Part shown: in pieces, positions 44,124 to 52,920 of the stretch
Layout: the number at the start of each line of letters is the position of its first letter
How positions within the stretch are numbered: position 1 is the first letter of the stretch
Made by a program: the position numbers and the translations under genes
Origin: an uncultured Phenylobacterium sp.
GTDB lineage: Bacteria; Pseudomonadota; Alphaproteobacteria; Caulobacterales; Caulobacteraceae
Reading direction: 5' to 3'
NCBI GenBank assembly: GCA_964515365.1
Contig: CAZERE010000001.1
Span: forward strand, 14,181 to 78,180
Length of the DNA: 64,000 nt
Notes under the pieces: generated by a model
What the model saw: the letters and a program-made list of their open reading frames with translations, nothing else
Databases searched by the model: none
What the model was told of the DNA's origin: nothing

Positions 44124-46895
44124 TCACCACTCCATGCGCACGCCCAGGCTGAAGCGGCGCCCGGAAAGCTCGTACATGGTCGGGAAGGAGGGATGCATGG
44201 TGTAGCCCTTGGTCTCCTCGTCGGTGATGTTGATCCCCTCCAGGCTGAGCTGGATGCGATCGTTCACATCGTAGCTGACCGAGATGTCGGTCTGGCCGTA
44301 GGCGTCGCGCCAGATCGGATACATCTCGTAGCCGATCCCTTCGACGTACTTGTCCTTGTAGTTATAGGACGCGCGGGCCTGGAAGCGGTCGTTCTCGTAA
44401 TAGAGGGTGACGTTGTAGGTCTTGTCGGCCAGACCCACCGGCGGCGTCGGAATGCCCAGATCGGACTCGCCGGTCAGCGAGCTGTCCAGCAGGGTGTAGT
44501 TGGCGTTGACGCCGAAGCCTTCCAGCGGCGCATAGAGGAGGCTCAGCGGCACCACGGCCACCAGCTCCACGCCGCTGACCTCATAGGAGCCATCGGCGTT
44601 GACCGGCTGATAGACGTCGAAGTCGTAGACCCCGTCGACCGTGCCGTTGGCGTTGTACTTGGTGACGTTCGGGACGGTCCCGGTCAGCTCGCTGCGGACG
44701 ACGCCCTCGATCTCCTTCCAGAAGTACGAGACCGACAGCAGGCCACCCTCGGCCAGGTACTTTTCGAGGCCGACTTCCCACTGCTTGGCGTAGGTCGGCT
44801 GCAGGTTGGGGTTGCCGTCGGTGAACCGGAACGAGTTCCAGCTGGCGGTGCGCTTGTAGGCGAGGTCGCTGAGCGCCGGCCGGATCAGAGTTTTCGAGGC
44901 CGCGCCGCGCAGGACGATGCTGTCGGTCAGCTCGGCGTTGATGTTCAGGCTGGGCAGGACCTTGTCATACCCGCCTTCGCTCGACACCGGATCGGGGGTG
45001 TAGCCCGTGGTTCCGTTCGGATTCTGGATCTGGTGGAAGCCGGACGATTGCACCGTGGTGTCCACATAGCGGGCGCCGCCGTTCACGAACACCGGCACGC
45101 GGGCGATCTCGAAATCGAAATCGGCCATGGCGTAGAGGCTGAGGGTCTCCTCGGTGACTTCGTAATACTGGCCGTCGTCAAAGGGGGTGACGAAGCCCGC
45201 ATAGCGGAAGGTGTCACGGGCGTAGGCGTTGGAGATCTGGCTCCAGGTCAGGTCCCGGGCGCTGTAGTCGCCGCCGGGCACGAGATCGGCGATGGGCGTC
45301 AGAACGCTGTCGGCCAGGGTGCGCTTGTTGGCCCAGGAGGAATCGCCCGGCCCCGGGCCCTGGATGTTCAGGGAGCCGTACTGGCGCTCCTTGGACTTGT
45401 CGGTGTAGCGGGCGCCGACCTGGACGCTGCTGAGCGCCGGGAAGGCTGCGAAATCGAAGTGGCGCGTGAAGTCGGCCTGGGCGGCGTACTTGTCGTCGGT
45501 GATCGCCTCGAGGTTGGTCTCATAGGCCTCGAACAGGTAGCGCGTCGGCGAGTTGTACATGTCGATGGAGGCCGGGTTGGCGCTCAGGATCGTCTCGCCG
45601 CCATCGGCCGTCCAGCGGGTGCGCGAGGGGGCGTAGGCCACATGCTTCAGATTGGCGAAGTCGATGGTCTTTTCCGCGCCGGAATAGCCGGCCAGGGCGT
45701 TGAATTCCCAGGTGTCGCCGCTCCAGTTCAGCTCGGTCCCGAACTGCGCATAGTCGGTCTTGCTGATCCGCTCCTTGCTCAGGAACTCGTGCTGGGTGGC
45801 GGTGTAGGAGACGTCGCGGAGCGCCACCATGCCGTAGTCTGCGAGCGTCGTGTCGTCATATTCGTGGATGGTCTCGAAGGTGCTGCGGCTGGAGGCCGAA
45901 TAGGCCGCGGCGTCGTACTCGTCCTCGGTGGCGTCGTAGCTGCCGATCATGCCGTCGAAGGCCAGGCTGAAGTTCGAAGACGGCTGGTACTGCAGCGACA
46001 GGGTCGCGCCCCACTGGTCCTGCTCATTCAGATAGACCCGGTCGCCGACCTTGTCCTGGAAGATGATGCGGCTGGTCTGGTCGCGGTCCGAACGGTTGGT
46101 GACGACCACGCCGGCGTCGCGGGCCAGCACGCTCTGGGCCTGGGTCCCCCGCGTGCCCGAGGCTTCCAGGAAGCGGAAGGCCGGGCGGAAATTGATGCCG
46201 GAATTGGAGTCGGTGCGGTTGGTCCGCTTGGCCGTGGAGACCGAGACCAGCGCGCCGAAGTCGCCCCAGGTGTTGCTGGCCAGGAAGGACAGCTTGGGAT
46301 CGATCTCCTCGGAGATGGAGTTGTAGGCGCCCTCGGCGGAGGCGACCAGGCGGGGGCCGTCATAGTCGAACGGCCGGGCGGTCGAGATGTTGATCGAGCC
46401 GGCGATGCCGCCTTCCTCGTCGGCCGCGGTCGGCGACTTCTGGACGGTGACCTGCTGGATGATCTCCGAGGCGAAGATGTCGAACTCGACGTCGCGGCCG
46501 CCGCTGCCCGAGGCGGTGGCCAGGTCATTGATGGTGACGAAGGTGAACTCGCTGGGCAGGCCGCGCACCATGACCCGGGTGCCCAGGCCCTTGTTCCGCT
46601 CGATGGTCACGCCGGGCATGCGCTGCAGCGCCTCGGCCAGGTTCTGTTCGGGGAAGTTGGCGACGTCGGTGGCGACGATGGAGTCCGAGAAGCCGACGTT
46701 TTCGCGCTTCAGCTCCACGGCCTGCTGAAGGCTGCGCTGATAGCTGCCGGTGACGATGAGTTCGTCCACCTCGGTGGCCCCGTCCTGGGCCTGGGCGCCG
46801 GTGGCGGCGAGGAGGCCGATGGCGGCGCAGCTGGTCATCAGCCCGGCGGCGCGGCGCGCGCGGCCTCGGCCGAGGTTGTGATTCATTCTGTTCAC
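44124..46895 (-). CDS. TonB-dependent receptor without STN domain (TIGR01782-like)
   Basis: ELIVTG, NLAEALQRMPGV, VMVRGL, GNPNLQP, terminal W; GGAGA RBS before GTG 46895. Confidence 0.93.
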   Translation of the reverse strand: MNRMNHNLGRGRARRAAGLMTSCAAIGLLAATGAQAQDGATEVDELIVTGSYQRSLQQAVELKRENVGFSDSIVATDVANFPEQNLAEALQRMPGVTIERNKGLGTRVMVRGLPSEFTFVTINDLATASGSGGRDVEFDIFASEIIQQVTVQKSPTAADEEGGIAGSINISTARPFDYDGPRLVASAEGAYNSISEEIDPKLSFLASNTWGDFGALVSVSTAKRTNRTDSNSGINFRPAFRFLEASGTRGTQAQSVLARDAGVVVTNRSDRDQTSRIIFQDKVGDRVYLNEQDQWGATLSLQYQPSSNFSLAFDGMIGSYDATEDEYDAAAYSASSRSTFETIHEYDDTTLADYGMVALRDVSYTATQHEFLSKERISKTDYAQFGTELNWSGDTWEFNALAGYSGAEKTIDFANLKHVAYAPSRTRWTADGGETILSANPASIDMYNSPTRYLFEAYETNLEAITDDKYAAQADFTRHFDFAAFPALSSVQVGARYTDKSKERQYGSLNIQGPGPGDSSWANKRTLADSVLTPIADLVPGGDYSARDLTWSQISNAYARDTFRYAGFVTPFDDGQYYEVTEETLSLYAMADFDFEIARVPVFVNGGARYVDTTVQSSGFHQIQNPNGTTGYTPDPVSSEGGYDKVLPSLNINAELTDSIVLRGAASKTLIRPALSDLAYKRTASWNSFRFTDGNPNLQPTYAKQWEVGLEKYLAEGGLLSVSYFWKEIEGVVRSELTGTVPNVTKYNANGTVDGVYDFDVYQPVNADGSYEVSGVELVAVVPLSLLYAPLEGFGVNANYTLLDSSLTGESDLGIPTPPVGLADKTYNVTLYYENDRFQARASYNYKDKYVEGIGYEMYPIWRDAYGQTDISVSYDVNDRIQLSLEGINITDEETKGYTMHPSFPTMYELSGRRFSLGVRMEW

Positions 46896-46970
46896 TGAAT
46901 TTCTCCGCGTGTCGATGTTGCGACGGCGGGGAACCGAACATGCGTGTCCGGCCCTTGCCCCCCGCCCCCT

Positions 46971-47007
46971 CAACGACAGGGCCGAGCAACCCCTCAGTGT
47001 GTGACAG
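46971..47007 (-). promoter_or_regulatory. Putative ECF promoter with upstream CTGTCAC half-site
   Basis: CTGTCACacacTGAGGgGTTGcTCggccctgTCGTTG. Confidence 0.65.
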
Positions 47008-47147
47008 TTGTTTTCATTCAAACTTCACGGAGCCGTCACGTTCGCCGTTCCCTCCGCGGCAAAGGACGCTCTGTTGTAATCCCGACCTGTTCAACAGTCT
47101 GGTTGTCGACACTTCCTATGATTTCTAACAATTGAGCCTTCACTATA

Positions 47148-47172
47148 GGAACGCATGGCATTCGCAGGGCTT
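47148..47172 (+). promoter_or_regulatory. SigT/EcfG-type promoter of the catalase
   Basis: GGAAC-N16-GCTT. Confidence 0.6.
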
Positions 47173-47216
47173 CTGTCACCAGGTCGCTAGTTTTAGCGCA
47201 CGGTGAAGGATGATCC

Positions 47217-48116
47217 ATGTTCATGCACAACAAGAGGCTTCAGTACACTGTGCGTGTATCTGAGCCGAACCCCGTTCTGGCCAGCCTGCTTCTTGAGCAA
47301 TTTGGCGGACCTGACGGCGAACTGGCTGCAGCGATGCGATATTTTACTCAAGGTCTGGCCGAAGAAGACCCAGGCCGGAAGGACCTTCTGCTTGACATCG
47401 CGACCGAAGAGCTGAGCCACCTGGAGGTGATCGGCAGCATCGTCGCCATGCTCAACAAGGGCGCCAAAGGTCAGCTGGCCGAGGCCGCCCTCTCTGAAGC
47501 CGACCTCTACATGTCCCTGACCCGGGGGGGCGACAGCCACACCCAGGCCCTGCTCTATGGCGGCGGCCCGGCCCTGACCAATTCGTCGGGCGTGCCGTGG
47601 ACGGCGGCCTATGTGGACAGCCGCGGCGAACCGACGGCCGATCTTCGGTCCAACATCGCCGCCGAAAGCCGCGCCAAGGTCATCTATGAGCGGCTGATCA
47701 ACATCACCGATGATCCGGGCATCAAGGACGCCCTGGGCTTCCTGATGACCCGCGAGGTCGCCCACCAGAAATCGTTCGAAAAGGCGCTCTACGCCATCGA
47801 GCCCAACTTCCCCACCGGCAAGCTGCCGGCCGATCCCAAGTTCGCCGACGTCTATTACAACATGTCCCAGGGCGACGGCGACGCCACGGGTCCGTGGAAC
47901 TCCGGCGACAACTGGCAGGTGGTCAGCGAGCGGGAAGACCAGGCCGCGGTCGATGGCGGCGATGGTCTGGCCTCGGTCAAGCTGCCGGCCAAGGACACCA
48001 AGGTGCTGGCCAATCTGGCCAAGCGGACCGAGTCCGCGCCTGAGGGCGACCCGATCACCGGCGCGGATCTGGGCGCCGGCCCCGGCGCCGGCTCCACGAC
48101 GCCGGTCGCCAAGTGA
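47217..48116 (+). CDS. Manganese catalase
   Basis: EQFGGPDGELAA, DIATEELSHLE, DLRSNIAAE, REVAHQ. Confidence 0.95.
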   Translation: MFMHNKRLQYTVRVSEPNPVLASLLLEQFGGPDGELAAAMRYFTQGLAEEDPGRKDLLLDIATEELSHLEVIGSIVAMLNKGAKGQLAEAALSEADLYMSLTRGGDSHTQALLYGGGPALTNSSGVPWTAAYVDSRGEPTADLRSNIAAESRAKVIYERLINITDDPGIKDALGFLMTREVAHQKSFEKALYAIEPNFPTGKLPADPKFADVYYNMSQGDGDATGPWNSGDNWQVVSEREDQAAVDGGDGLASVKLPAKDTKVLANLAKRTESAPEGDPITGADLGAGPGAGSTTPVAK

Positions 48117-48132
48117 TCCGGGGGCGAAGGTC

Positions 48133-48420
48133 ATGAACCGCGTGCTGCTCAAGACCACCACCTACGGTCTGATGCACCTGACCGTGGCGGTGGCCGTGAC
48201 CTTCGCCCTCACCCGCGACTGGCGGGTGGCGCTCGCCGTCGGCCTCGTCGAGCCTATCGTGCAGACCTTCGCCTTCGCGATCCACGAACGCTTCTGGTCG
48301 CGGGCGGGCGATGTGCCCGTGGCGCCGATCTGTGGCCACGCCCATGGTTCGCCAGCCGGCAAGGCGTCTGGCGCCGGCTCCTCCCGCGCCGCTTCGGGCC
48401 AGGCGCCGCGGCTGGCCTAG
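48133..48420 (+). CDS. DUF2061-family small membrane protein
   Basis: KTTTYGLMHLTVA...GLVEPIVQTFAFAIHERFW. Confidence 0.8.
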   Translation: MNRVLLKTTTYGLMHLTVAVAVTFALTRDWRVALAVGLVEPIVQTFAFAIHERFWSRAGDVPVAPICGHAHGSPAGKASGAGSSRAASGQAPRLA

Positions 48421-48424
48421 GCCT

Positions 48425-49006
48425 CTAGTCTTCGCCGCCCGCCTTTCGGTAGGCGGCGAGGGCCTGGGCGACATCGGCCGCGGCCGCCTTGCGGGTCCTG
48501 GCGAACGCGGCCTTGGCCTGGGAAATCTCTTTCTCCAGGCTCGCCCTCCGACGCGCGAACGCGGCCTCCTCCTCCTGGCGTTCGGCCTCGACGGCGCGGA
48601 GCCTGTCTTCAGCCGCCTCAAGCGGGCGCCGGTCGGGTTTCGGCTTGGGTTTCGGCTTGGCCTTGGGCGGAGCGGATTTCGCAGGCCTGGTCTTCAGCGG
48701 CGCCTTTGTCGAACCGGCCGTCCGAGCCTTGCGACGGGCGGGCGCGGCGGGGACCTCGGGCAGGTGAGCCGCTTCCACCGCAAACGCATCTGTCGATCCC
48801 ACGGCCCGCTTCAGCGGCGTCTCCGGATGGGCGCGGGCCGCCTCGATGGCCTGAGGGTCGTCGGCGAGCCTTGCATGGCCCGATGCGAAGAGGTCCTGGC
48901 GCATGCCCCAGGCGCGCAGAGCGGCTGGCTGGCTCGAGGCCGCCACCACCGTGTCGTAGAAGCCGATCTGGGCTTGAAAGACCTTGAGCTTGCGTGGCGC
49001 GGCCAT
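48425..49006 (-). CDS. Conserved hypothetical protein with Lys/Pro-rich linker and coiled-coil tail
   Basis: RKLKVFQAQIGFYDTVVAA.SQ.AALRAWG...DLFASG; GGAG RBS. Confidence 0.8.
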   Translation of the reverse strand: MAAPRKLKVFQAQIGFYDTVVAASSQPAALRAWGMRQDLFASGHARLADDPQAIEAARAHPETPLKRAVGSTDAFAVEAAHLPEVPAAPARRKARTAGSTKAPLKTRPAKSAPPKAKPKPKPKPDRRPLEAAEDRLRAVEAERQEEEAAFARRRASLEKEISQAKAAFARTRKAAAADVAQALAAYRKAGGED

Positions 49007-49024
49007 GGCGACTCCCCAGGCAGA

Positions 49025-49049
49025 GACGTTCGAGCCGAAAGACGGTTCC
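49025..49049 (-). promoter_or_regulatory. SigT/EcfG-type promoter
   Basis: GGAAC-N16-CGTC on the minus strand. Confidence 0.6.
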
Positions 49050-49073
49050 TGTCCCGTGGCCGAAGCGCCGTGA

Positions 49074-49952
49074 TCAGGCCTTGCGGAGGCGATTGTGCAT
49101 GGCGGTGGCGGCGATGGCCGCCTCCCCGGTGGCGACGGCGATCTGGTTCAGGCCCAGGACCACGTCGCCGGCCACATAGAGCCCTTCCACCGTCGTCATC
49201 TGGTGGGCGTCGGCCAGCAGTTTGCCGGTGTCGTCCTGCCGGGCGCCGAGGCGGGTGGCGAGATCGGCTTGGATCGTGCAGCCCAGGGCGAGGTAGAGAT
49301 AGTCGAAGCGCTGCTCGGCCAGGCCCTGGCGTGCGAGAAGAACCTTGCGGTCCTCGAACCGGATGTCGCTCTGCACGACCGGCAGGACACCGGCGGAGTC
49401 CGCCACATCCTCGCCCAGCATCAGGACGGTGACATCCTGGCTGTAGGTGCGCAGGAACTCGGCCTCCCGCAGGGCCAGGGGCCCGTCGCCGAGCACGGCC
49501 AGCCTGGCGTCGATGGCTTCATAGGCGTCGCAGATTGGGCAGACCCGCGCCAGGCTCTCGGCCAGGGCGGCCTCCACCCCTGGGATCGCCGGCAGACGAT
49601 CGACCAGCCCGGTGGCCAGAAGCACGGTGGGGGCTTCAAGACAGTCGTCGCCGATATGAAGCCTGAAGCCATCAGGGATTTGCTCGAGCCTGTCGGCCCT
49701 GGCTGTTCGAATGACGGCCCCATACTCCTCGGCCTGGTCGCGAAGGCGCTGCAACAGCGCGGTCCCGGAGATACCCGCCGGGAAGCCCGGCGTGTTGTGG
49801 CTTTCGGGAATCCACGCCGCCCGCGAAGGTCCGCCGTCGAGCACCAGCACCCGCCGCCGAAACCTCGCAAGATAGACAGCCGCTGTCAGGCCCGCAGGGC
49901 CGGCGCCGACGACGATCGCCTCATAGGCCTGGTCGAGCGGATATTCGGTCAA
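49074..49952 (-). CDS. Thioredoxin reductase-like FAD/NAD(P) oxidoreductase
   Basis: VGAGPAG, LLATG, CPIC, TTVEGLYVAGDV. Confidence 0.9.
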   Translation of the reverse strand: MTEYPLDQAYEAIVVGAGPAGLTAAVYLARFRRRVLVLDGGPSRAAWIPESHNTPGFPAGISGTALLQRLRDQAEEYGAVIRTARADRLEQIPDGFRLHIGDDCLEAPTVLLATGLVDRLPAIPGVEAALAESLARVCPICDAYEAIDARLAVLGDGPLALREAEFLRTYSQDVTVLMLGEDVADSAGVLPVVQSDIRFEDRKVLLARQGLAEQRFDYLYLALGCTIQADLATRLGARQDDTGKLLADAHQMTTVEGLYVAGDVVLGLNQIAVATGEAAIAATAMHNRLRKA

Positions 49953-50271
49953 AAGCGCCTTCCCTCTGCGACAGGCACGCTCACGGCCTCCATGGCCGGA
50001 GGCGCCGCGTGCCGTTGCTGGTCCTGCAGACCCAACGCACGACGCGCCCTGTGGGGGGCGTGGATCCGGGACAGGTGCGCCGGATCAGGCCGCCTGACGA
50101 GGCGACCTCGCGGGCCGGCGAAGAAGCTTCGCCAGCCGCCGGCCCGGCTGATCCCGCAGAAAGCTCATGAAATCGGCAGGTCCCAAAGGCGAGCCCGGGG
50201 TTTCAACCTGTGAAGAGACCTGCGGGCTCGGGGGGCGGACGTCCAAAAAGGCGAGGAAAAATTTCCGCCCA

Positions 50272-50298
50272 TGTCGGATGGCTTGTCGCCGAGGCGTC
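50272..50298 (+). promoter_or_regulatory. ECF42-like promoter (TGTCG-N-CGTC)
   Basis: TGTCGG-N17-CGTC preceded by an A/T tract (AAAAATTT). Confidence 0.5.
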
Positions 50299-50351
50299 CT
50301 ATGCTCGCCCGGCGCCGCATCGGCCGCCATGCAAAGCCCAGGAGCTAGACC

Positions 50352-51503
50352 ATGACCTATATCGACGGCTTCGTGATCGCAGTGCCCACAGCCAACCGCC
50401 AGAAGTTCATCGACCACGCCAACACTGGCGACAGCGTCTTCATGGAGCTGGGCGCCGTGCGCATCCTGGAATGCTGGGGCGACGACGTGCCCGAGGGCAA
50501 GCAGACTGATTTCCGCCGCGCCGTGCAGGCCACGGCGGACGAGACCGTGGTCTTCTCCTGGATCGAGTGGCCCGACAAGGCGACCCGCGACGCCGCCATG
50601 GCGCGCATGGAAGAGATGGTGAAGACCGATCCGCGGATGAGCCCCGAGCAAAATCCCATGCCCTTCGACGGAGCCCGCATGATCTTTGGCGGGTTCACCC
50701 CGGTCGTCACCGTGGAAGCCGCGCAGTCTGACAGCCAGGGCGACTTCATCTGGTACGAACTGCTCACCACCGACGCCGACGCGGCCCAGGCCTTCTACGC
50801 CAAGGTTCTGCCCTGGACGTTCAATGATTCCGGCCAGGCCGACATGGACTACCGCATCATTCGGGCGCCGGAGCATGATGTCGCCGGCCTGATGGCCATC
50901 ACCCCCGAGATGGCCGAGCATGGCGCCCGCCCCGTCTGGCTCTCCTATCTGGCGGTGGACGATGTGGATCAGTCGATCGCGGCGATCGAGCAAAAGGGCG
51001 GCGCCGTGCAGATGCCCGCCATGGACGTTCCCATGGTCGGCCGGATCGCCATGGTCGCCGATCCGCAGGGCGCGCCGCTCTACATCATGAAGCCCTCGGG
51101 GAGCGGCAAGAGCATGGCCTTCGCCTATGACCGGCCCCGGGTCGGCCATGCCGCCTGGAACGAGCTCCATACCGCCGACCAGCTCGGCGCCTGGGCCTTC
51201 TATGGCGACCTGTTCGGCTGGAGCCACGATGGCGACATGGATATGGGTCCCATGGGCCAGTACCAGTTCATCCGCCGCGGCGGCATGATCGGGGCCATGA
51301 TGAAGGCTGATCCCGCCATGGGTCCGCCCCACTGGAACACCTATTTACGGGTCGCCGACATCGACGCCGCCAAGACCGCGGTGGAAGCCGCCGGCGGTCA
51401 GGTGGTGCAAGGGCCCGACGAGATTCCCGGCGGCGACTTCTCCATGAACTGCATCGACCCCCAGGGCGCGGCCTTCGGCCTGGTGGGCGGTCGGTCGAGC
51501 TAG
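50352..51503 (+). CDS. DUF1428 (YbaA) domain fused to a tandem VOC/glyoxalase protein
   Basis: YIDGFVIAVP...ETVVFSWIEW...MPFDGARMIFGGF, then FIWYELLT...DPQGA and WNELHT...DPQGA. Confidence 0.9.
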   Translation: MTYIDGFVIAVPTANRQKFIDHANTGDSVFMELGAVRILECWGDDVPEGKQTDFRRAVQATADETVVFSWIEWPDKATRDAAMARMEEMVKTDPRMSPEQNPMPFDGARMIFGGFTPVVTVEAAQSDSQGDFIWYELLTTDADAAQAFYAKVLPWTFNDSGQADMDYRIIRAPEHDVAGLMAITPEMAEHGARPVWLSYLAVDDVDQSIAAIEQKGGAVQMPAMDVPMVGRIAMVADPQGAPLYIMKPSGSGKSMAFAYDRPRVGHAAWNELHTADQLGAWAFYGDLFGWSHDGDMDMGPMGQYQFIRRGGMIGAMMKADPAMGPPHWNTYLRVADIDAAKTAVEAAGGQVVQGPDEIPGGDFSMNCIDPQGAAFGLVGGRSS

Positions 51504-51572
51504 GCCGGATCCGCAGGCGTTTGATGCGCCGCCGCAGGTCTTGAGCTGCGACGGCGCATCGTCCCGCCGGGA

Positions 51573-52865
51573 CTAAGGGATGATGATGGCTCCGGTGGCC
51601 ATGGCGGCCAGGGTGGCGAAGACGGAGAGCAGGAGCGCCCACGGCAGGCCGAACCGCTGGAGCTGGCCCACATCGGCGCGGATCAGGCTGGCGACCAGAT
51701 AGATCGGCGCGATGAAGGGGCTGAGCGCATGCAGCGGCATGCCCATCAGCGAAGCCCTGGCGATCACTTCGGGCGGAACGCCATAGGCCGCCCCCGTGGC
51801 GCCCAGGACCGGCACGATGCCGAAGAAGAAGGCGTCGTTGGACATGAACATCAGCAGCGGCATGCTGAGCACCGCGGTGATGGGACCCATATAGGGGCCG
51901 AGCGGCTCGGGGATCGTCGAGACCAGGCTCTGGGCCATGGCGTCGATCATCCCTGTGCCCGACAGGATGCCGGTAAAGGCGCCGGCGGCGAAGATCAGCG
52001 AGACCATCATCAGGATGGTCTCGCCGTGGTGGGCCAGGGCCGCCTTCTGCTCGGAGAGCCGCGGGAAGTTCAGAGTCACCGCAATGGCGAACCCGCCCAT
52101 CACCACGGCGGGCAAGGGCGCAAGCCCGGTGAGCATCCCGACCATCAGCCCGATGGTCAGAAGGAGGTTCAGCCAGAGGTTCCGGGTGGCCTTCGGCTCG
52201 ACCGTGATGGTTGCGGCCTCGTCCTCGGTGAGGGTGGGACCGCTGGTCTTCGCCAGGCGGCGACGCTCGGCCCGTCCCATGACGTAGGCGAGACCCAGCA
52301 CCGCCAGCAGCGACAGGCCGAGCGCCGGCAGCAGGGGTCCGACGATGTCCATGACGTCGATGCGCAGGGCGAGCGCGGCGCGAGCCGCAGGTCCGCCCCA
52401 GGGCAGCCAGTTCATCAGCGTGTTGCTGAGGCCGAGCAGCACAGCCAGGATCAGGGGATTGAGCCCCAGCCGGCGATAGACTGGGTACATGGCCGAGATG
52501 GTGACGATGGCGCTGGTGGCCCCGTCCCCGTCCAGCGAGACCAGCATGGCCAGGACCGCGCTGCCCACCACCACCCGGACCGGATCGTCGCCGGTCACCT
52601 GCAGGATCTTCCGCACCAGCGGCTCGAACAGCCCCGCCTCGATCATCACCGCGAAATAGAGCAGCGCGAAGATCAGCATCAGGGCGGTGGGCGCGACCTC
52701 GGTCACCCCTTCCAGCATCATGTCGCCCAGGCCCGCGCCGAATCCGGCGATGAGGCCAAAGACGATGGGCACGAGAATGAGCGCGGCGACCGCCGACAAT
52801 CGCCGCGAGAGCACCAGGGCCATGAAGACCGCCAGCGCCGAGAAGCCCAACAAAGACAGGTTCAT
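51573..52865 (-). CDS. CitMHS-family citrate/(metal-)carboxylate:H+ symporter
   Basis: VSLDGDGAT, NWLPWGGP, SNDAFFFG, HALSP; about 11-12 TM helices. Confidence 0.9.
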   Translation of the reverse strand: MNLSLLGFSALAVFMALVLSRRLSAVAALILVPIVFGLIAGFGAGLGDMMLEGVTEVAPTALMLIFALLYFAVMIEAGLFEPLVRKILQVTGDDPVRVVVGSAVLAMLVSLDGDGATSAIVTISAMYPVYRRLGLNPLILAVLLGLSNTLMNWLPWGGPAARAALALRIDVMDIVGPLLPALGLSLLAVLGLAYVMGRAERRRLAKTSGPTLTEDEAATITVEPKATRNLWLNLLLTIGLMVGMLTGLAPLPAVVMGGFAIAVTLNFPRLSEQKAALAHHGETILMMVSLIFAAGAFTGILSGTGMIDAMAQSLVSTIPEPLGPYMGPITAVLSMPLLMFMSNDAFFFGIVPVLGATGAAYGVPPEVIARASLMGMPLHALSPFIAPIYLVASLIRADVGQLQRFGLPWALLLSVFATLAAMATGAIIIP

Positions 52866-52920
52866 CTGATCCCTTTCGGATCGGAGGCCGACGCCAGGGC
52901 GAGGCGCCGGCCCACGCCGG

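Noticed and set aside
48636-48670. Short repeats encoding PKAKPKPKPKP
   Set aside because: Low-complexity protein linker, not a DNA repeat element.
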